The position numbers and the translations under genes were made by a program. The notes beneath the pieces are model-generated. The model did not search any database. It was not told where the DNA came from and was given only the letters and a program-made list of their open reading frames with translations. A stretch of 64,000 nt of DNA from assembly GCA_030427835.1 (NCBI GenBank), contig JAUICN010000003.1, forward strand, positions 21,867 to 85,866, in the 5' to 3' direction. Source of the stretch: Polyangia bacterium (GTDB lineage: Bacteria; Myxococcota_A; Polyangia; Polyangiales; JAUICN01). This document shows, piece after piece, positions 7,428 to 17,897 of this stretch; position 1 is the first letter of the stretch; each line of letters begins with the position of its first letter.

Positions 7428-8397
7428 GCAATCTGCTGTGGGGTCTCCTGAGAACAGTTCCAACAATGGCCGCGCCGCCCGTCCACTGTGGCCGTCCATT
7501 GTGGACGGGGTGGGCAATACCCCAATGGTTCGGTTGCGTTCCGTGGCCAGCGAAGCTCCGGGCGTGGCCGTCTACCTTAAGCTTGAATACGCAAACCCTG
7601 GAGGATCCGTAAAAGATCGGCCCGCCTTGCAGATGATCAAGGACGCCCTTGCGGACGGGCGCCTATCCAAAGAGAAAACACTGATCGATGCCACAAGTGG
7701 AAATACGGGTATCGCCTACTCCCTGTACGGTGCGGCACTGGGCCTGCGAATCGCACTTGTCATGCCAGAAAACGTGTCCCAGGCCCGTAAGGACATCATT
7801 CGATCCTTTGGCACGGAGCTCATTTTTAGTGATCCAATGGAAGGTTCTGACGGGGCGATTCGCCACTGCCAGGCGCTGGTGGAGCAAGACCCCGAACGAT
7901 ATTTCTACAGCAATCAGTATGCCAATCCATCCAATCCAAAAGCCCACTACCTGGGTACCGGGCAGGAGATTCTCGATCAGGTGGGCGACAAGATTACACA
8001 CTTTGTGGCAGGGCTTGGAACTTCAGGAACCATGATGGGTACCACGCGACGCCTACGTGAACATGGCAGGCCCATCACCTGCATTGCCATGGAGCCCGAT
8101 GGGGCACTCCATGGTCTGGAGGGTTTGAAACACATGGCCAGTTCCATTGTTCCTCCCATCTATGACCCCACCGTTCCTGACGAGATCCTACCCGTACGTA
8201 CGGAAGACGGATGGGACATGGCCGATCGTGTGGCCAAGGAAGAGGGCATGCACATTGGTCATTCCGCGGGAGCCAATGTTTTTGCCGCGGTGGAGATAGC
8301 CAAACGAATCAAACAGGGGTGCGTGGTCACCATCGCCTGCGATCGGGGCGACAGGTATTTTGCACCCATGCAATGGGAGAAACACTATGAGTGGTAA
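7399..8397 (+). CDS. cysM: CysM-type cysteine synthase (uses carrier-protein thiocarboxylate)
   Basis: GNTPMVRL, NPGGSVKDRPA, TSGNTGIAYS, GLGTSGTMMG, with an overall pattern like M. tuberculosis CysM. Start uncertain: TTG 7399, GTG 7417 or GTG 7438. Confidence 0.9.
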   Translation: MYPPSPVARKQSAVGSPENSSNNGRAARPLWPSIVDGVGNTPMVRLRSVASEAPGVAVYLKLEYANPGGSVKDRPALQMIKDALADGRLSKEKTLIDATSGNTGIAYSLYGAALGLRIALVMPENVSQARKDIIRSFGTELIFSDPMEGSDGAIRHCQALVEQDPERYFYSNQYANPSNPKAHYLGTGQEILDQVGDKITHFVAGLGTSGTMMGTTRRLREHGRPITCIAMEPDGALHGLEGLKHMASSIVPPIYDPTVPDEILPVRTEDGWDMADRVAKEEGMHIGHSAGANVFAAVEIAKRIKQGCVVTIACDRGDRYFAPMQWEKHYEW

Positions 8398-8902
8398 TAC
8401 AGGCAGCGGAACACCGTGGATCCACGGAGGGCTTCACATCCCCCGGTCCCTGTTGACGGAAGTCAGCGCACATGCCGTGGAGCAGTACCCTTCCGAGTGC
8501 TGTGGCTTTCTCCTGGGCCCGGCCGATCCCTGGCAGCAGTGCGACGTGGTGGCCCCCCAAATCAACGAGGCTGACAAATATCACGCCTTGGATCCCGTCA
8601 CGTTTCCACGCACGTCCAATACCTATTTTAAAATGAACGAGCTCAAGGCCACCCGTGCCTTCCAACAGGGTGTGGAATCAGGGCGCCCTGTCAAGGTCAT
8701 CTACCATTCCCATTGCGATGCAGGCGCCTACTTCTCGGCGGAAGATGCGGCCACCTTTGCGGCGGGCGACCAGTTGATGTGGCCCTGTGCTTTCCTGGTC
8801 ACAAGCGTCCAAGAAGGAAAGGTCACAGACCACAAGCTCTGGCGCTTCGATCCCCCGTCACAGAAGTTTGTGCAAGCCGAGTTCACACTCACGGAACCAT
8901 AG
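8387..8902 (+). CDS. mec: JAMM/MPN+ zinc metalloprotease, Mec+-like
   Basis: ORF 8360..8902 trimmed to ATG 8387 (GGGAGA SD). Motifs E..ECCGFLLG and YHSHCDAGAYFSAED (HxHx7Sx2D). 11-nt overlap with cysM. Confidence 0.85.
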   Translation: MSGNTGSGTPWIHGGLHIPRSLLTEVSAHAVEQYPSECCGFLLGPADPWQQCDVVAPQINEADKYHALDPVTFPRTSNTYFKMNELKATRAFQQGVESGRPVKVIYHSHCDAGAYFSAEDAATFAAGDQLMWPCAFLVTSVQEGKVTDHKLWRFDPPSQKFVQAEFTLTEP

Positions 8903-8983
8903 GAGGGGATAAGCCAGGCAATCAGCCATGGCTGCGGGAGACGCGGGCAGTTGGATCTTCCTGCCAAGTCGTTCGAGCGATTT

Positions 8984-9007
8984 CTGGGCCCCTTTTTGGG
9001 GACCCAG
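8984..9007. terminator. hairpin between convergent mec and rplS
   Basis: CTGGGCCCC-TTTTT-GGGGACCCAG (one bulge). No flanking U-tract on either strand. Confidence 0.35.
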
Positions 9008-9019
9008 CCCCTACGCTGC

Positions 9020-9409
9020 CTAGTTCTTTTTGGTGGAGGTCACCGCACTTGCCGTGTGACGTGGGTTGGCACGAAGACGCGCCTTCTTTCCACGGAGCTC
9101 CCGCAAGTAGTAGAGCCGTGCCTGGCGCACGTGACCACTTCCAAGAACCTCAAGCTTTTGAATCCGTGGAGAAGAGGACGGGAAAATACGTTCTACGCCC
9201 ACACCAAAGGCCACCTTGCGAACAGTAAAGGTCCCACGAATGCTTCCTCGGGTACGTCGGATGACAGTGCCCTGAAACACCTGGACCCGTTCCTTCTCTC
9301 CCTCACGGATAAGGTAGTGAACCTTCACGCTATCTCCCACGCGAAAGGAAGGTAACTCCCTGATTTGACTGGATTCAAGCGCCTGAATTTGAGGGTGAGG
9401 ACTCGACAT
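9020..9409 (-). CDS. rplS: 50S ribosomal protein L19
   Basis: [35 protein letters not shown]..., [11 protein letters not shown]. Confidence 0.95.
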   Translation of the reverse strand: MSSPHPQIQALESSQIRELPSFRVGDSVKVHYLIREGEKERVQVFQGTVIRRTRGSIRGTFTVRKVAFGVGVERIFPSSSPRIQKLEVLGSGHVRQARLYYLRELRGKKARLRANPRHTASAVTSTKKN

Positions 9410-9602
9410 AACAACGTACCTTTGGCAGCGGCCAGGCCAGAGCCTGGAGGACTAAGAGCGGGCATAGCTAGCACCGCTGAACTTGAGGGTCAACTTGGGG
9501 TGCAGTTTTCCTCCCATTCCCCAATTCGGAGGGTCACAGGCCCAGGCAGAACGTTTGAGGTTTGGGCTTTGGTATCCACCGGCTTTGGCCTAGGTATCCA
9601 AT

Positions 9603-10082
9603 ATGACCCTTCGTATTGGACAATCCGCTCCAAACCTGAACACCCGTGACCATGCTGGCAACCCCATTTGCCTGGTCGATATGGTTCAGAAGGGGCCCGT
9701 CGTGCTTTTCTTCTACCCCAGGGACTTCACTCCCCTTTGTTCGCTTGAAGCCACAGCCTACGAGCGTGAGTACACACGCCTCCTGGGGCACGGTGCCCAG
9801 GTGGTAGGCGTGAGCACCGATGCGGTGGATAGCCATTGTCGTTTCGCCCAAGAAAAAGAACTGAGCTACCCACTCGTATCCGACGTGAGCCGGTCCATTG
9901 TGAGTGACTACAAGGTGTTGCGCCCGTTCGGACTGGGAGTGCGTCGCGTCACCTATGTCATCTCGACGGATTGCGCCATTTGCGGGGTCATTCACAAGGA
10001 ACTTAGTGCCGAGGCTCACGTAAAAGGGGCGCTTGCTATTCTTGAAAAACTCAAGGGAACCACGTCTACGGTAGGCCCATGA
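9603..10082 (+). CDS. bcp: peroxiredoxin, Bcp/PrxQ type
   Basis: AhpC/TSA fold with the peroxidatic Cys in VVLFFYPRDFTPLCSLE. VVGVSTDAVDSH. Confidence 0.85.
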   Translation: MTLRIGQSAPNLNTRDHAGNPICLVDMVQKGPVVLFFYPRDFTPLCSLEATAYEREYTRLLGHGAQVVGVSTDAVDSHCRFAQEKELSYPLVSDVSRSIVSDYKVLRPFGLGVRRVTYVISTDCAICGVIHKELSAEAHVKGALAILEKLKGTTSTVGP

Positions 10083-10665
10083 GCCGATCGACCACAATGG
10101 CGGCGGCCATGCGTACCGAAAGGTGGTTGTACGTGCCCTTCCCTGCAATCGGTTCCAACAAGCACTCCGACCGTTGAATCACGGAATCCGCCAGCCCGTG
10201 GCCTGTCCCAAACATCAAGACCCAGGGAGTGGTAGTGGAGCTCCGTTGCAAGATGCGGTGACATTCGGTAAAGGACAATGGCGTCGTGCCGGCACTCGAT
10301 CGTGCGGCAGTGGTGATGGTTTTTGCTCGGGCACCGCACTCCTCCTGAATGGCCTCTTCCATGGCAGAGATGGACTCCACCACGTGGACACGGCCCAGGG
10401 CCACTGCCCGGTCGGGAATACGTTTCGCACCCGGGCCAAGCGTCCAATGATCCAAAATTCGCTGTACGAGTGCCTGCTGGGCGTGCACGGGGGTTACCAC
10501 GAAGCAGCGTTTCAAACCGTAGGTTGCACACAGCCGTGCCATGTCGTGCACATCCAGATTGGTGACCGCCGTGGTCGTTTCTTCCCCGTCCACGGTGCGT
10601 ACGGGGTGGTGAACCAACGCCAGGTACAAAGGAGGTGCGTGTGTTTCCCCACGCGGACTACTCAT
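10066..10665 (-). CDS. putative SAM-dependent RNA methyltransferase (PF09936-like)
   Basis: Sits between trmD and rplS. TNLDVHDMAR, FGTGHGL and YNHLSVRMAAAIVVDRL match my recollection of this family. The family call is from memory only. Confidence 0.6.
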   Translation of the reverse strand: MSSPRGETHAPPLYLALVHHPVRTVDGEETTTAVTNLDVHDMARLCATYGLKRCFVVTPVHAQQALVQRILDHWTLGPGAKRIPDRAVALGRVHVVESISAMEEAIQEECGARAKTITTAARSSAGTTPLSFTECHRILQRSSTTTPWVLMFGTGHGLADSVIQRSECLLEPIAGKGTYNHLSVRMAAAIVVDRLMGLP

Positions 10666-11392
10666 CGGATGTCGCCATCGTAGCCTGAACGGAAGTGGAC
10701 CCTGGTTCCTTTAGCTGCGCAAAAAGATCCGGTCTTCGTTCCCGGGTGCGTTCCCGGGCACGGTCCTCCCGCCACTGGCGAATCTTGCCGTGGTCGCCAG
10801 ACAACAATACCTCTGGCACGGACTGCCCCTCAAATGTGGTGGGCCGAGTGTACTGGGGATATTCCAGGAGACCCCGTTGATGGGACTCATCCTCCAGGGA
10901 TTTGGAATTTCCAATCACCCCTGGGCACAATCGAGCGGTGGCTTCCATCATGGCCATGGCGGCTACCTCCCCACCCAATAGAACAAAATCTCCCATGGAA
11001 ACCTCCTCGTCCACATGGGATCGAATACGTTCGTCAAAACCCTCGTACCGCCCGCAAACCAATGTGATCGCGGGTAACTTTGACCAGCGCTCCGCAGTGG
11101 ATTGCTGAAAAACCTTGCCCTGGGGGGTGAGCAACACCCGAAGCGACTTGGCTTCCGTTGCGTCGTTGGCGGCACGGATTGCGGACACCACCGGCCCGGG
11201 CATGAGTACCATGCCGCTGCCACCACCGTACGGAGTGTCATCCACCGTTCTATGGGAGTCCTTTGTGAACGACCGCGGATCCCACAGACGGGTGCTCACG
11301 GCCCCCCCTTCCCGGTGGGCACGTCCCAGAATACCCAGCGTCAGAAAGGGCTCGAACAGATCAGGAAACAGGGTAACGACAGAAAAATGCAT
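10658..11392 (-). CDS. trmD: tRNA (guanine37-N1)-methyltransferase
   Basis: MHFSVVTLFPDLFEPF, DDTPYGGGSGMVLMPGP, CGRYEGFDERI. Confidence 0.95.
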   Translation of the reverse strand: MHFSVVTLFPDLFEPFLTLGILGRAHREGGAVSTRLWDPRSFTKDSHRTVDDTPYGGGSGMVLMPGPVVSAIRAANDATEAKSLRVLLTPQGKVFQQSTAERWSKLPAITLVCGRYEGFDERIRSHVDEEVSMGDFVLLGGEVAAMAMMEATARLCPGVIGNSKSLEDESHQRGLLEYPQYTRPTTFEGQSVPEVLLSGDHGKIRQWREDRARERTRERRPDLFAQLKEPGSTSVQATMATSDE

Positions 11393-11395
11393 GGC

Positions 11396-12031
11396 CTATT
11401 CCCGAAAGGAACTCACGTCGTGCAGTTCCACGGTGTTGCCGGCAAGATCCACACGTACAAGCCAGGGATCTCGCATCGGTACCTCAACCAGCGAACCATC
11501 GGTCATTTTGACGGCCAGGCAGTCCACCGTCGGATAGTGAAATACGTCTGCGACAGATCCGATTTCATGGCCATCCTCCAGAACCCGAAGTCCCACGAGA
11601 TCCATGTCGTACCAACTGGTCTCGTCTAGAGCAGCAAGCGCACCCCGCGGTACAAGAACTTCTGCTCCCACAAGCGCTTCCGCCTGGTTCCGATCGGCGC
11701 ACCCGTCAAAGCGCAAAATGGCATGGCCATTGGGAATCGGGTCCATCGAAAGGATTCGAACCCTGGTCGCATGTAGGTAGTCTCTTGCTTCGCCCGTCTT
11801 TGTGGATCCGGGCCCAGGTTGCTGCAGGAACACGGTATCCATTCCGTACAAAGTCTCGGAATCCGGGTTATGCAATCGCAGTTTGCTACGACCGTGAATC
11901 CCGTGGGCGCGGGTCACTACGCCAAGGGAGATCAGGTTCAAACCTGAATTATCCTGGCCCCTTGAATCGGAGTCGAGTCCATCCGACCCGGCGGCTCGCT
12001 CCACCCCAGGCACGGGACCTGCTTTATTCAA
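11396..12031 (-). CDS. rimM: 16S rRNA processing protein RimM
   Basis: ISLGVVTRAHGIHGRSKLRLHNPDSE plus a PRC-barrel-like C-terminus. N-terminal extension present, so the start is uncertain. Confidence 0.85.
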   Translation of the reverse strand: MNKAGPVPGVERAAGSDGLDSDSRGQDNSGLNLISLGVVTRAHGIHGRSKLRLHNPDSETLYGMDTVFLQQPGPGSTKTGEARDYLHATRVRILSMDPIPNGHAILRFDGCADRNQAEALVGAEVLVPRGALAALDETSWYDMDLVGLRVLEDGHEIGSVADVFHYPTVDCLAVKMTDGSLVEVPMRDPWLVRVDLAGNTVELHDVSSFRE

Positions 12032-12413
12032 GAATATCCAGCACCGCTCGGATGTTGGATCGAGCAGACGTCGCTGTTACAAGGGTACGAAGTGCGCGTG
12101 CGGTACGCCCTTCCTTACCGATGACTTTTCCAAGGTCTGTCTGGGCCACGGATAGTTCCAAAACAAGCCTTCGGTCCTCGTCCACACAGTCCACTTGAAC
12201 GTCTTCCGGTTGGTCCACAAGGCCACGGGCCACGTACTCCACCAGATCTCTCAACTGATCCACTGGATCAGGGTCGTCCATATCGTCGAACTCCTCAGAG
12301 TCTGCACCGGTTGCCTCGAGGTTGTCCTGTGCCGTAGAATCTGGAGTCGCAGCGGAGGTATCCTCCGCCCCAGCCGATGAATCCTCTGGGGGCAATGAAT
12401 CTTTTGAAGTCAT
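12024..12413 (-). CDS. KH-domain RNA-binding protein (YlqC/UPF0109 type) with acidic N-terminal extension
   Basis: C-terminal LGKVIGKEGRTARALRTLV KH motif. Conserved position between rpsP and rimM. Confidence 0.8.
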   Translation of the reverse strand: MTSKDSLPPEDSSAGAEDTSAATPDSTAQDNLEATGADSEEFDDMDDPDPVDQLRDLVEYVARGLVDQPEDVQVDCVDEDRRLVLELSVAQTDLGKVIGKEGRTARALRTLVTATSARSNIRAVLDILE

Positions 12414-12451
12414 GGGCTCAATCCTTACGGGCGATCAGTGATAGTTGGAAA

Positions 12452-12724
12452 CTAGGCAGTTGCGGTGGCAGGGCTCGTCGCGCTCAACGCTTTGCCGTGG
12501 TCGCGAACCACCTTCTTTAGGGTGTCGTTGAGTTGGGCTCCCTGACCAATCCAATAGTTAAGACGATCACGGTTGATACGCGCTTCTTCGCGGGGCAATC
12601 GGGGATCGTAGGTGCCGAGCTGTTCGATAAAGCGGCCATCACGGGCGCTTTCGGAGTCAGACACAACGATGTGGTAATAGGGGCGCCTTTTGGAGCCGTG
12701 GCGGGAAAGCCGAATACGAACCAT
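12452..12724 (-). CDS. rpsP: 30S ribosomal protein S16
   Basis: MVRIRLSRHGSKRRPYYHIVVSDSESARDGRFIEQLGTYDP. Confidence 0.95.
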   Translation of the reverse strand: MVRIRLSRHGSKRRPYYHIVVSDSESARDGRFIEQLGTYDPRLPREEARINRDRLNYWIGQGAQLNDTLKKVVRDHGKALSATSPATATA

Positions 12725-12825
12725 GGAACAATAAACCTTTCAGATTAGGAGCCGCCAAAACTAAAGCGAGGCCTCCCCTTCGTCAAGGCGTCAAAAGCAT
12801 GCAGGCAAGGAACCGAAAAATCGGA

Positions 12826-13977
12826 TCAGACTGCCGCCCGTGGGAGAATTTGCCTTGCGATTACCATGCGTTGGACTTCGCTTGTTCCCTCGCCGATCTC
12901 GCAAAGCTTCGCATCCCGAAGATGGCGCTCCACAGGATACTCCCGAGTATAACCGTATCCGCCATGGATCTGAATGGCCCTGAGGCAACAGCGGGTAGCG
13001 GCTTCCGAGGCGTACAGTTTGGCCATGGAAGCCTCCCGGGAGTAGCGCTGACCGGTGTCTGCCAAATGAGCCGCTCGCCACACGAGCAGGCGGGCCGCAT
13101 TCATTTCCTTCCGGGAGTCTGCAATCATCCATTGAATGGCCTGAAAGTTTGCAATGGGTTCTCCGAACTGTTCCCGTTCCTTAGAGTACTTCACCGATTC
13201 GGCGAGTGCGCCCTCCCCCAGGCCCAGCGCCATGGCGGCAATGCTGACGCGCCCACGATCCAAAATCTTAAGGGTATCCACAAACCCGTGATCCACTTCT
13301 CCTACCCGTTGCGCATCTGAAACGCGAACGTTCTCCAGTGCGATCTCTGCCGTATCGGAAGACCGGCACCCTAGCTTTTTTAGGTGGCTGGAGGCGCGGT
13401 ACCCTGGCGTTGTGGTTTCTACAGCAAACGCTGTGATCCCCTTTTGTTTTTTTTCAGGAGAGGTGGCCGCCAGCACCACGCAGACACCTCCCACGGAACC
13501 CTGGGTGATAAACATCTTGGAACCGTTGATGATCCATTCGTCTCCTTCCCGAACCGCCCGTGTCCGCAACGCGGCCGCATCGGAGCCGGATCCAGGTTCG
13601 GTCAAGGCCCAGGCACCAAGCCATTCACCGCAGGCAAGTCTAGGCAGATACTTTTTCCGCTGCTCTTCCGAGCCAAAAGTCATGATATGCGAAGACCCCA
13701 ATCCATTGTGGGAAGCCACGGTTAGGGCCAATGACCCATCCACTCGAGCCATTTCTTCCACCACGATGGCGTAGGCAAGCGTACCGAGCCCTGCGCCGCC
13801 ATAGGTTTCAGGAATGCGGATCCCAAGAAAGCCGAGCTGCCCAAGTTTTGGGATAATTTCAGAAGGAAATCGCTCCTGTTCGTCCCATTGGGTGGCATGG
13901 GGTGCGACCTCTTTTTGGGCGAAATCTCGGGCAGCGTTCTGAATGCTTTGATGTTCCTCATCCAGCTCGAAATCCAT
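12826..13977 (-). CDS. acyl-CoA dehydrogenase (short/branched-chain type)
   Basis: [41 protein letters not shown]. Confidence 0.92.
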   Translation of the reverse strand: MDFELDEEHQSIQNAARDFAQKEVAPHATQWDEQERFPSEIIPKLGQLGFLGIRIPETYGGAGLGTLAYAIVVEEMARVDGSLALTVASHNGLGSSHIMTFGSEEQRKKYLPRLACGEWLGAWALTEPGSGSDAAALRTRAVREGDEWIINGSKMFITQGSVGGVCVVLAATSPEKKQKGITAFAVETTTPGYRASSHLKKLGCRSSDTAEIALENVRVSDAQRVGEVDHGFVDTLKILDRGRVSIAAMALGLGEGALAESVKYSKEREQFGEPIANFQAIQWMIADSRKEMNAARLLVWRAAHLADTGQRYSREASMAKLYASEAATRCCLRAIQIHGGYGYTREYPVERHLRDAKLCEIGEGTSEVQRMVIARQILPRAAV

Positions 13978-14385
13978 CTATCCAGCCTTTCTGTTCTCGC
14001 CCACATGCTCCCGGACCCAATCCACAATCTGCGAAAGGGGTGCCCCAGGTGTGAACAGTGCGTGAACGCCCGCTGCTTTCAGTTGTTGGGCATCCTGTTC
14101 CGGAATGATACCCCCCCCAAACACCAGAATGTCGCCCCCATCTCGGGATCGAAGTGCCTCAAGAACCGCAGGAAACAGGGTGTTGTGCGCGCCACTCATG
14201 ATCGAGAGGCCCACCGCGTCCACATCTTCTTGCACGGCAGCCTCTGCGATCATTTCTGGGGTTTGATGCAGTCCGGTATAGATCACCTCGAAGCCCGCGT
14301 CGCGTAGTGCACGGGCCACCACTTTGGCACCTCGATCGTGCCCATCCAGGCCGGGTTTTGCCACGAGTATCCTAGGAATCGACAT
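13978..14385 (-). CDS. cobalamin-binding domain protein (methylmalonyl-CoA mutase C-terminal/small-subunit type)
   Basis: ORF 13978..14436 trimmed to ATG 14385. [34 protein letters not shown] contains the DxHxxG B12 motif. Its stop abuts the ACAD start. Confidence 0.85.
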   Translation of the reverse strand: MSIPRILVAKPGLDGHDRGAKVVARALRDAGFEVIYTGLHQTPEMIAEAAVQEDVDAVGLSIMSGAHNTLFPAVLEALRSRDGGDILVFGGGIIPEQDAQQLKAAGVHALFTPGAPLSQIVDWVREHVGENRKAG

Positions 14386-14467
14386 GGATCCCCAGTCTGC
14401 ACGTGACCGGGCCCAAACGCAAACCTGAAGCACCATGCCCGAATCCCGTGAAACTACGGTCGGTTGG

Positions 14468-15997
14468 TTAACTGAGTCGAAAGAGGGTGCAGGGTTGTTC
14501 GGGCCCGGATAGGAGAAGACTCAAAGGGCGCAGTACCGGTGCATGGCTAGAACCCAGTAGCCGACATGCCATCCAGTGAACGACGCGTCCCTGGGTGAGT
14601 TCCATCATCTTCTGGAGGGTCCCCGACTCTTCATCAAGGGCGAACGGCAACGGTGTCGAAGGGCCTCCCGGGAACAGGATCCCGCGAGGGGACACATACG
14701 CCGGTCGAACGAGAGCCACCGGTTCCCCAACCCCAGGATACTGTTCCAACGCGCGAGCGAGCTGTTGCCGAATCCTGTCCGTATCGGTCACACACCAGTC
14801 GTCCAATCGAGCTAACGCCTCGGGGCTGGTTTTTGCGCCCAGGTCGTATTGAAGCATCCGCACCCGACGGGGAGGAGCGGTATCCACCACCTCGGTCAGG
14901 CCAGCGCTGATGGTCCTCGGGCAAGTGCCTTCCGAAAGACTCCCATCCCCTCGAATCCCCTCTTCGCAGAAAATTTCGCCCGTGTGCACGCACACACAGT
15001 ATCGCCGTTCGATTTGCCTGGGTTCCCAGCCATCCACCCACTCCCGGGCGACTTCGATCCAGGTACGGTTGTGAACGTGGGTGACAACGCCGTCGGCGCG
15101 TTCGTTGAGGTTGGCCCCGGGTTCTCGGTGTGCACCCAGCCAACTTGCGACCCGCCTGCGAGCGACGGCGGAAGCCGGAGATTCCTCCAAATCTGTCAAG
15201 AGTCGATGGGCGCCCGCCATTAAGTGGGCAGATGCCCTCGCTTCCTTTTTATCCAGAGTGAACTGCAAACGGCCCACCCAACGGAGAACGCCCAGGAAGG
15301 GTCGTTTTCCCATGGCTTCACGCATGCGAACGAGAGTTTCCTGCACCGTCGGGGAGGATTGCGCATGGTCCACACCTGCCCGGCCCAACGCCAACAAAAG
15401 CTCTTGCAACAGGGCCACGAGTTCCTGCTCAGAAGAGGTTGTGGCCACAGGCCTGTGGCTCCGTCGCTCAGGTGAGGACGGTCGCCCTTCCTCCGTACCC
15501 TGCGCGATGCGGGTTTCACGAAGGTCCTGTGGGTCGGGCACACGTCTAACCCGTTGAGCTTCAGGCGACGTGGGCGGATTTTCTGAATCGGCACCCATGG
15601 GGTGTGCCCACTGCCGAATCCCCTCTCCCAAAGCTTTCAGCGCACGTTGGGCGACCTTTGGATCTAGGTGATCTGTGTGAATCTTCCCCTCGGGGGTCCA
15701 ACGTATGCCAACCCAGGACCGCTCTCCTTGCTGCTCGATCTCGATGAGGGCCTGAAGGGGTTGGGCCTCCGCTTCTCCCATGGCGGCATGGCGGTTGACG
15801 AGGGCACCGGGTGCCACCTCCCCGGGAGAAGCGGTTGCCCGTGTGTCCTCGTTGTCCGAAACATCGTCCACGTTCCAGCGGTCCTCATCCCAGCCATCTT
15901 CTTCGTTTCCTGGCGGATCGTGGAAACGGCCCAAGTCATCCCAGGAATGCGGGGTCTGTCGGCCTATCGGGGTAGGTTTATCTGAAGAACGGGACAT
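14468..15997 (-). CDS. hypothetical protein
   Basis: ORF 14468..16108 trimmed to ATG 15997, 13 nt after the upstream stop. Acidic Trp/Asp-rich N-terminus ([29 protein letters not shown]). Cys-containing C-domain ([17 protein letters not shown]). No family recognised. Confidence 0.55.
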   Translation of the reverse strand: MSRSSDKPTPIGRQTPHSWDDLGRFHDPPGNEEDGWDEDRWNVDDVSDNEDTRATASPGEVAPGALVNRHAAMGEAEAQPLQALIEIEQQGERSWVGIRWTPEGKIHTDHLDPKVAQRALKALGEGIRQWAHPMGADSENPPTSPEAQRVRRVPDPQDLRETRIAQGTEEGRPSSPERRSHRPVATTSSEQELVALLQELLLALGRAGVDHAQSSPTVQETLVRMREAMGKRPFLGVLRWVGRLQFTLDKKEARASAHLMAGAHRLLTDLEESPASAVARRRVASWLGAHREPGANLNERADGVVTHVHNRTWIEVAREWVDGWEPRQIERRYCVCVHTGEIFCEEGIRGDGSLSEGTCPRTISAGLTEVVDTAPPRRVRMLQYDLGAKTSPEALARLDDWCVTDTDRIRQQLARALEQYPGVGEPVALVRPAYVSPRGILFPGGPSTPLPFALDEESGTLQKMMELTQGRVVHWMACRLLGSSHAPVLRPLSLLLSGPEQPCTLFRLS

Positions 15998-16010
15998 AGT
16001 GGTATGGATC

Positions 16011-17897
16011 CTAGGCGGTCTGTCGTCGAAGCTCTTCCTGTTTTCGTGCAAGGGCAACCCTAAGGGCCCCGGGAGCGCTACGAAGGTCCAGGGTTTGAAC
16101 CTCCGCAACCAGGCCCTGAGCCACGTCCATGCGCCCTTCGCTCTGTAGCTCTTCAGCCCGGCGCAAAAACGTCCGCGCGGTGGTGGTGATGGCGATCAGG
16201 CTGCGTTCCACTTCCCTTCGGTTTTCCTCCACGGCCCGTCGAATGGCAGCAAGGGCGGCCCCCAACCGATGGGCACGTATGTGAACAAAAGCGACCGACA
16301 TCCAAGGTGCGGCCCACCTTGGGCGCCGCGCGGCCGCAGACTGATAACGTCGCAGTGCCCGTTGGGTCATGCCGAACAGAAGATAGCAATGACCCACAAA
16401 CACATCCCAGTGGGCCCGTACTCCAAAGGGTTCGGGTTCCACCTCGTCCACTTCCTCCGCCGGTTCCACCATTCCGGGCTCTTCGCCACGAAGCTCCATG
16501 CGAGATGTAATTGCGGCAATGGCTTCCTCGATGGTGGCCTTGCCCGATGACGTTTTGGACTGGGCATGGAGGCGCCGCATGGGTTTTAGGGCCCGGCCGT
16601 CGGCCAGGGCACCAATCGTGCGAATGGCCGAAAGCGCCAGCGGAGCCTCTTCGGTTTCCAGAAATTCCATCAGTTTTGGGGCATCTTCCTGGGTGCCCGC
16701 ATGGGCCAGCGCTTCCACCACATCCTGAAGCAACGCACCGGAGCTTCGGTCCAACATATCCACGAGAAAAGGCCTCCCCGTTCGCACACGCCACATTCCA
16801 AGGGCCCCCGCATAGGCTGCCCGAACGCGGTCCCGGACCACTCCCGGGTAGCCCGTCCGCAAAATGTCCACCACCCGTGGATCCTCGATACGCCCAAGAG
16901 ACTTCACTGCGGCGCGAACCAGGTCTTCGTCTTTGTCCGAAAGCAGCGTCGCAAGGGAAGGAACCAATCTAGGGTCGCCGCAATAGCGGAGGGATTCCAC
17001 AAGGGACAACCTTGCCTCGTAGGTCAACAGTGAGCTGGATTCGACCAGGGCACAGACGTGCACCGCGATGGTGTCCGGAGCATCCCGCATACGCAACAGC
17101 AACAGGGCGCGATCGTCTGCGGCCAACCCAAGCACCGGTTCCCGCAGACTTGTCCCCTCCCAGTACCCCGCCACACCCAGTTCAACCCTCACGCAAATGC
17201 TTCGGAAGTGCTCCTCCTCCTGATGCACCCTTCTTCCCACGGGTCCGGAAAGAAGTGCCCTCGCCTGGGCGAGTTCGTAGGCAATCTCCACATCTCGACA
17301 TTCGATGATCGCTCCGACCGCGCGACGGAGATCCTTGGACTTCACAGAACGGGTTTCTTTCAGTACCTCCGTGAGCCGCCGCACGGCCGCCCGTCGCTGG
17401 TGCAGATCCCCTGCTTGCATGACGGCCACCAGGCTTTGGGTTTCGTCCGCCATGTGTTGAACGTTGAGTCTGCCCAGATAGGAAACATCGGCTTCTCTTG
17501 TTTCATCCGTACCACCCACGTTGCTCGTGTCTGGCACGGCCCTTTGCTCGGTATCCAGGATGTCTCGGCGATCGTCATCGGATTCAAGTGCGCGCACCTG
17601 TTCGAGCACGTGGAACTGCACCGATAGCTCGTCCTGATCGTCCGAAAGAGAAAGGTACTCCCTCAGCCCTGCGAGATCCTCGGCCCGGAGGCCTTCCTTA
17701 AGTGCGGATACCACAACCCGTTGCAGTTTTTCGGGGCTTGGTTCCCCAGAGTGGGATTCGCCGGTGATCGGTGCCTGTACGGCCGTCCCGTGGTCGCGAG
17801 CATCCGGTTCAGAAGCCTGTGGATGACCGTCCATGGAGTGGGTATCTTTTTCACCGCCCGGTGGTGACGGGGGGACATCGGAAACCTGTTCCCTCAT
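16011..17897 (-). CDS. HEAT-repeat protein with TPR-like C-terminus
   Basis: DPRLVPSLATLLSDKDEDLVRAAVKSLGRIEDPRVVDIL and VVEALAHAGTQEDAPKLMEFL are HEAT/PBS-lyase-like repeats. ATGA overlap with the udg stop (17894..17897). Confidence 0.65.
   Translation of the reverse strand: MREQVSDVPPSPPGGEKDTHSMDGHPQASEPDARDHGTAVQAPITGESHSGEPSPEKLQRVVVSALKEGLRAEDLAGLREYLSLSDDQDELSVQFHVLEQVRALESDDDRRDILDTEQRAVPDTSNVGGTDETREADVSYLGRLNVQHMADETQSLVAVMQAGDLHQRRAAVRRLTEVLKETRSVKSKDLRRAVGAIIECRDVEIAYELAQARALLSGPVGRRVHQEEEHFRSICVRVELGVAGYWEGTSLREPVLGLAADDRALLLLRMRDAPDTIAVHVCALVESSSLLTYEARLSLVESLRYCGDPRLVPSLATLLSDKDEDLVRAAVKSLGRIEDPRVVDILRTGYPGVVRDRVRAAYAGALGMWRVRTGRPFLVDMLDRSSGALLQDVVEALAHAGTQEDAPKLMEFLETEEAPLALSAIRTIGALADGRALKPMRRLHAQSKTSSGKATIEEAIAAITSRMELRGEEPGMVEPAEEVDEVEPEPFGVRAHWDVFVGHCYLLFGMTQRALRRYQSAAARRPRWAAPWMSVAFVHIRAHRLGAALAAIRRAVEENRREVERSLIAITTTARTFLRRAEELQSEGRMDVAQGLVAEVQTLDLRSAPGALRVALARKQEELRRQTA

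Noticed and set aside
9534-10148. 204-aa minus-strand ORF that would restore a continuous minus-strand operon between the methyltransferase and rplS.
   Set aside because: It is antisense to bcp, which has unmistakable peroxiredoxin motifs. The minus product has none.
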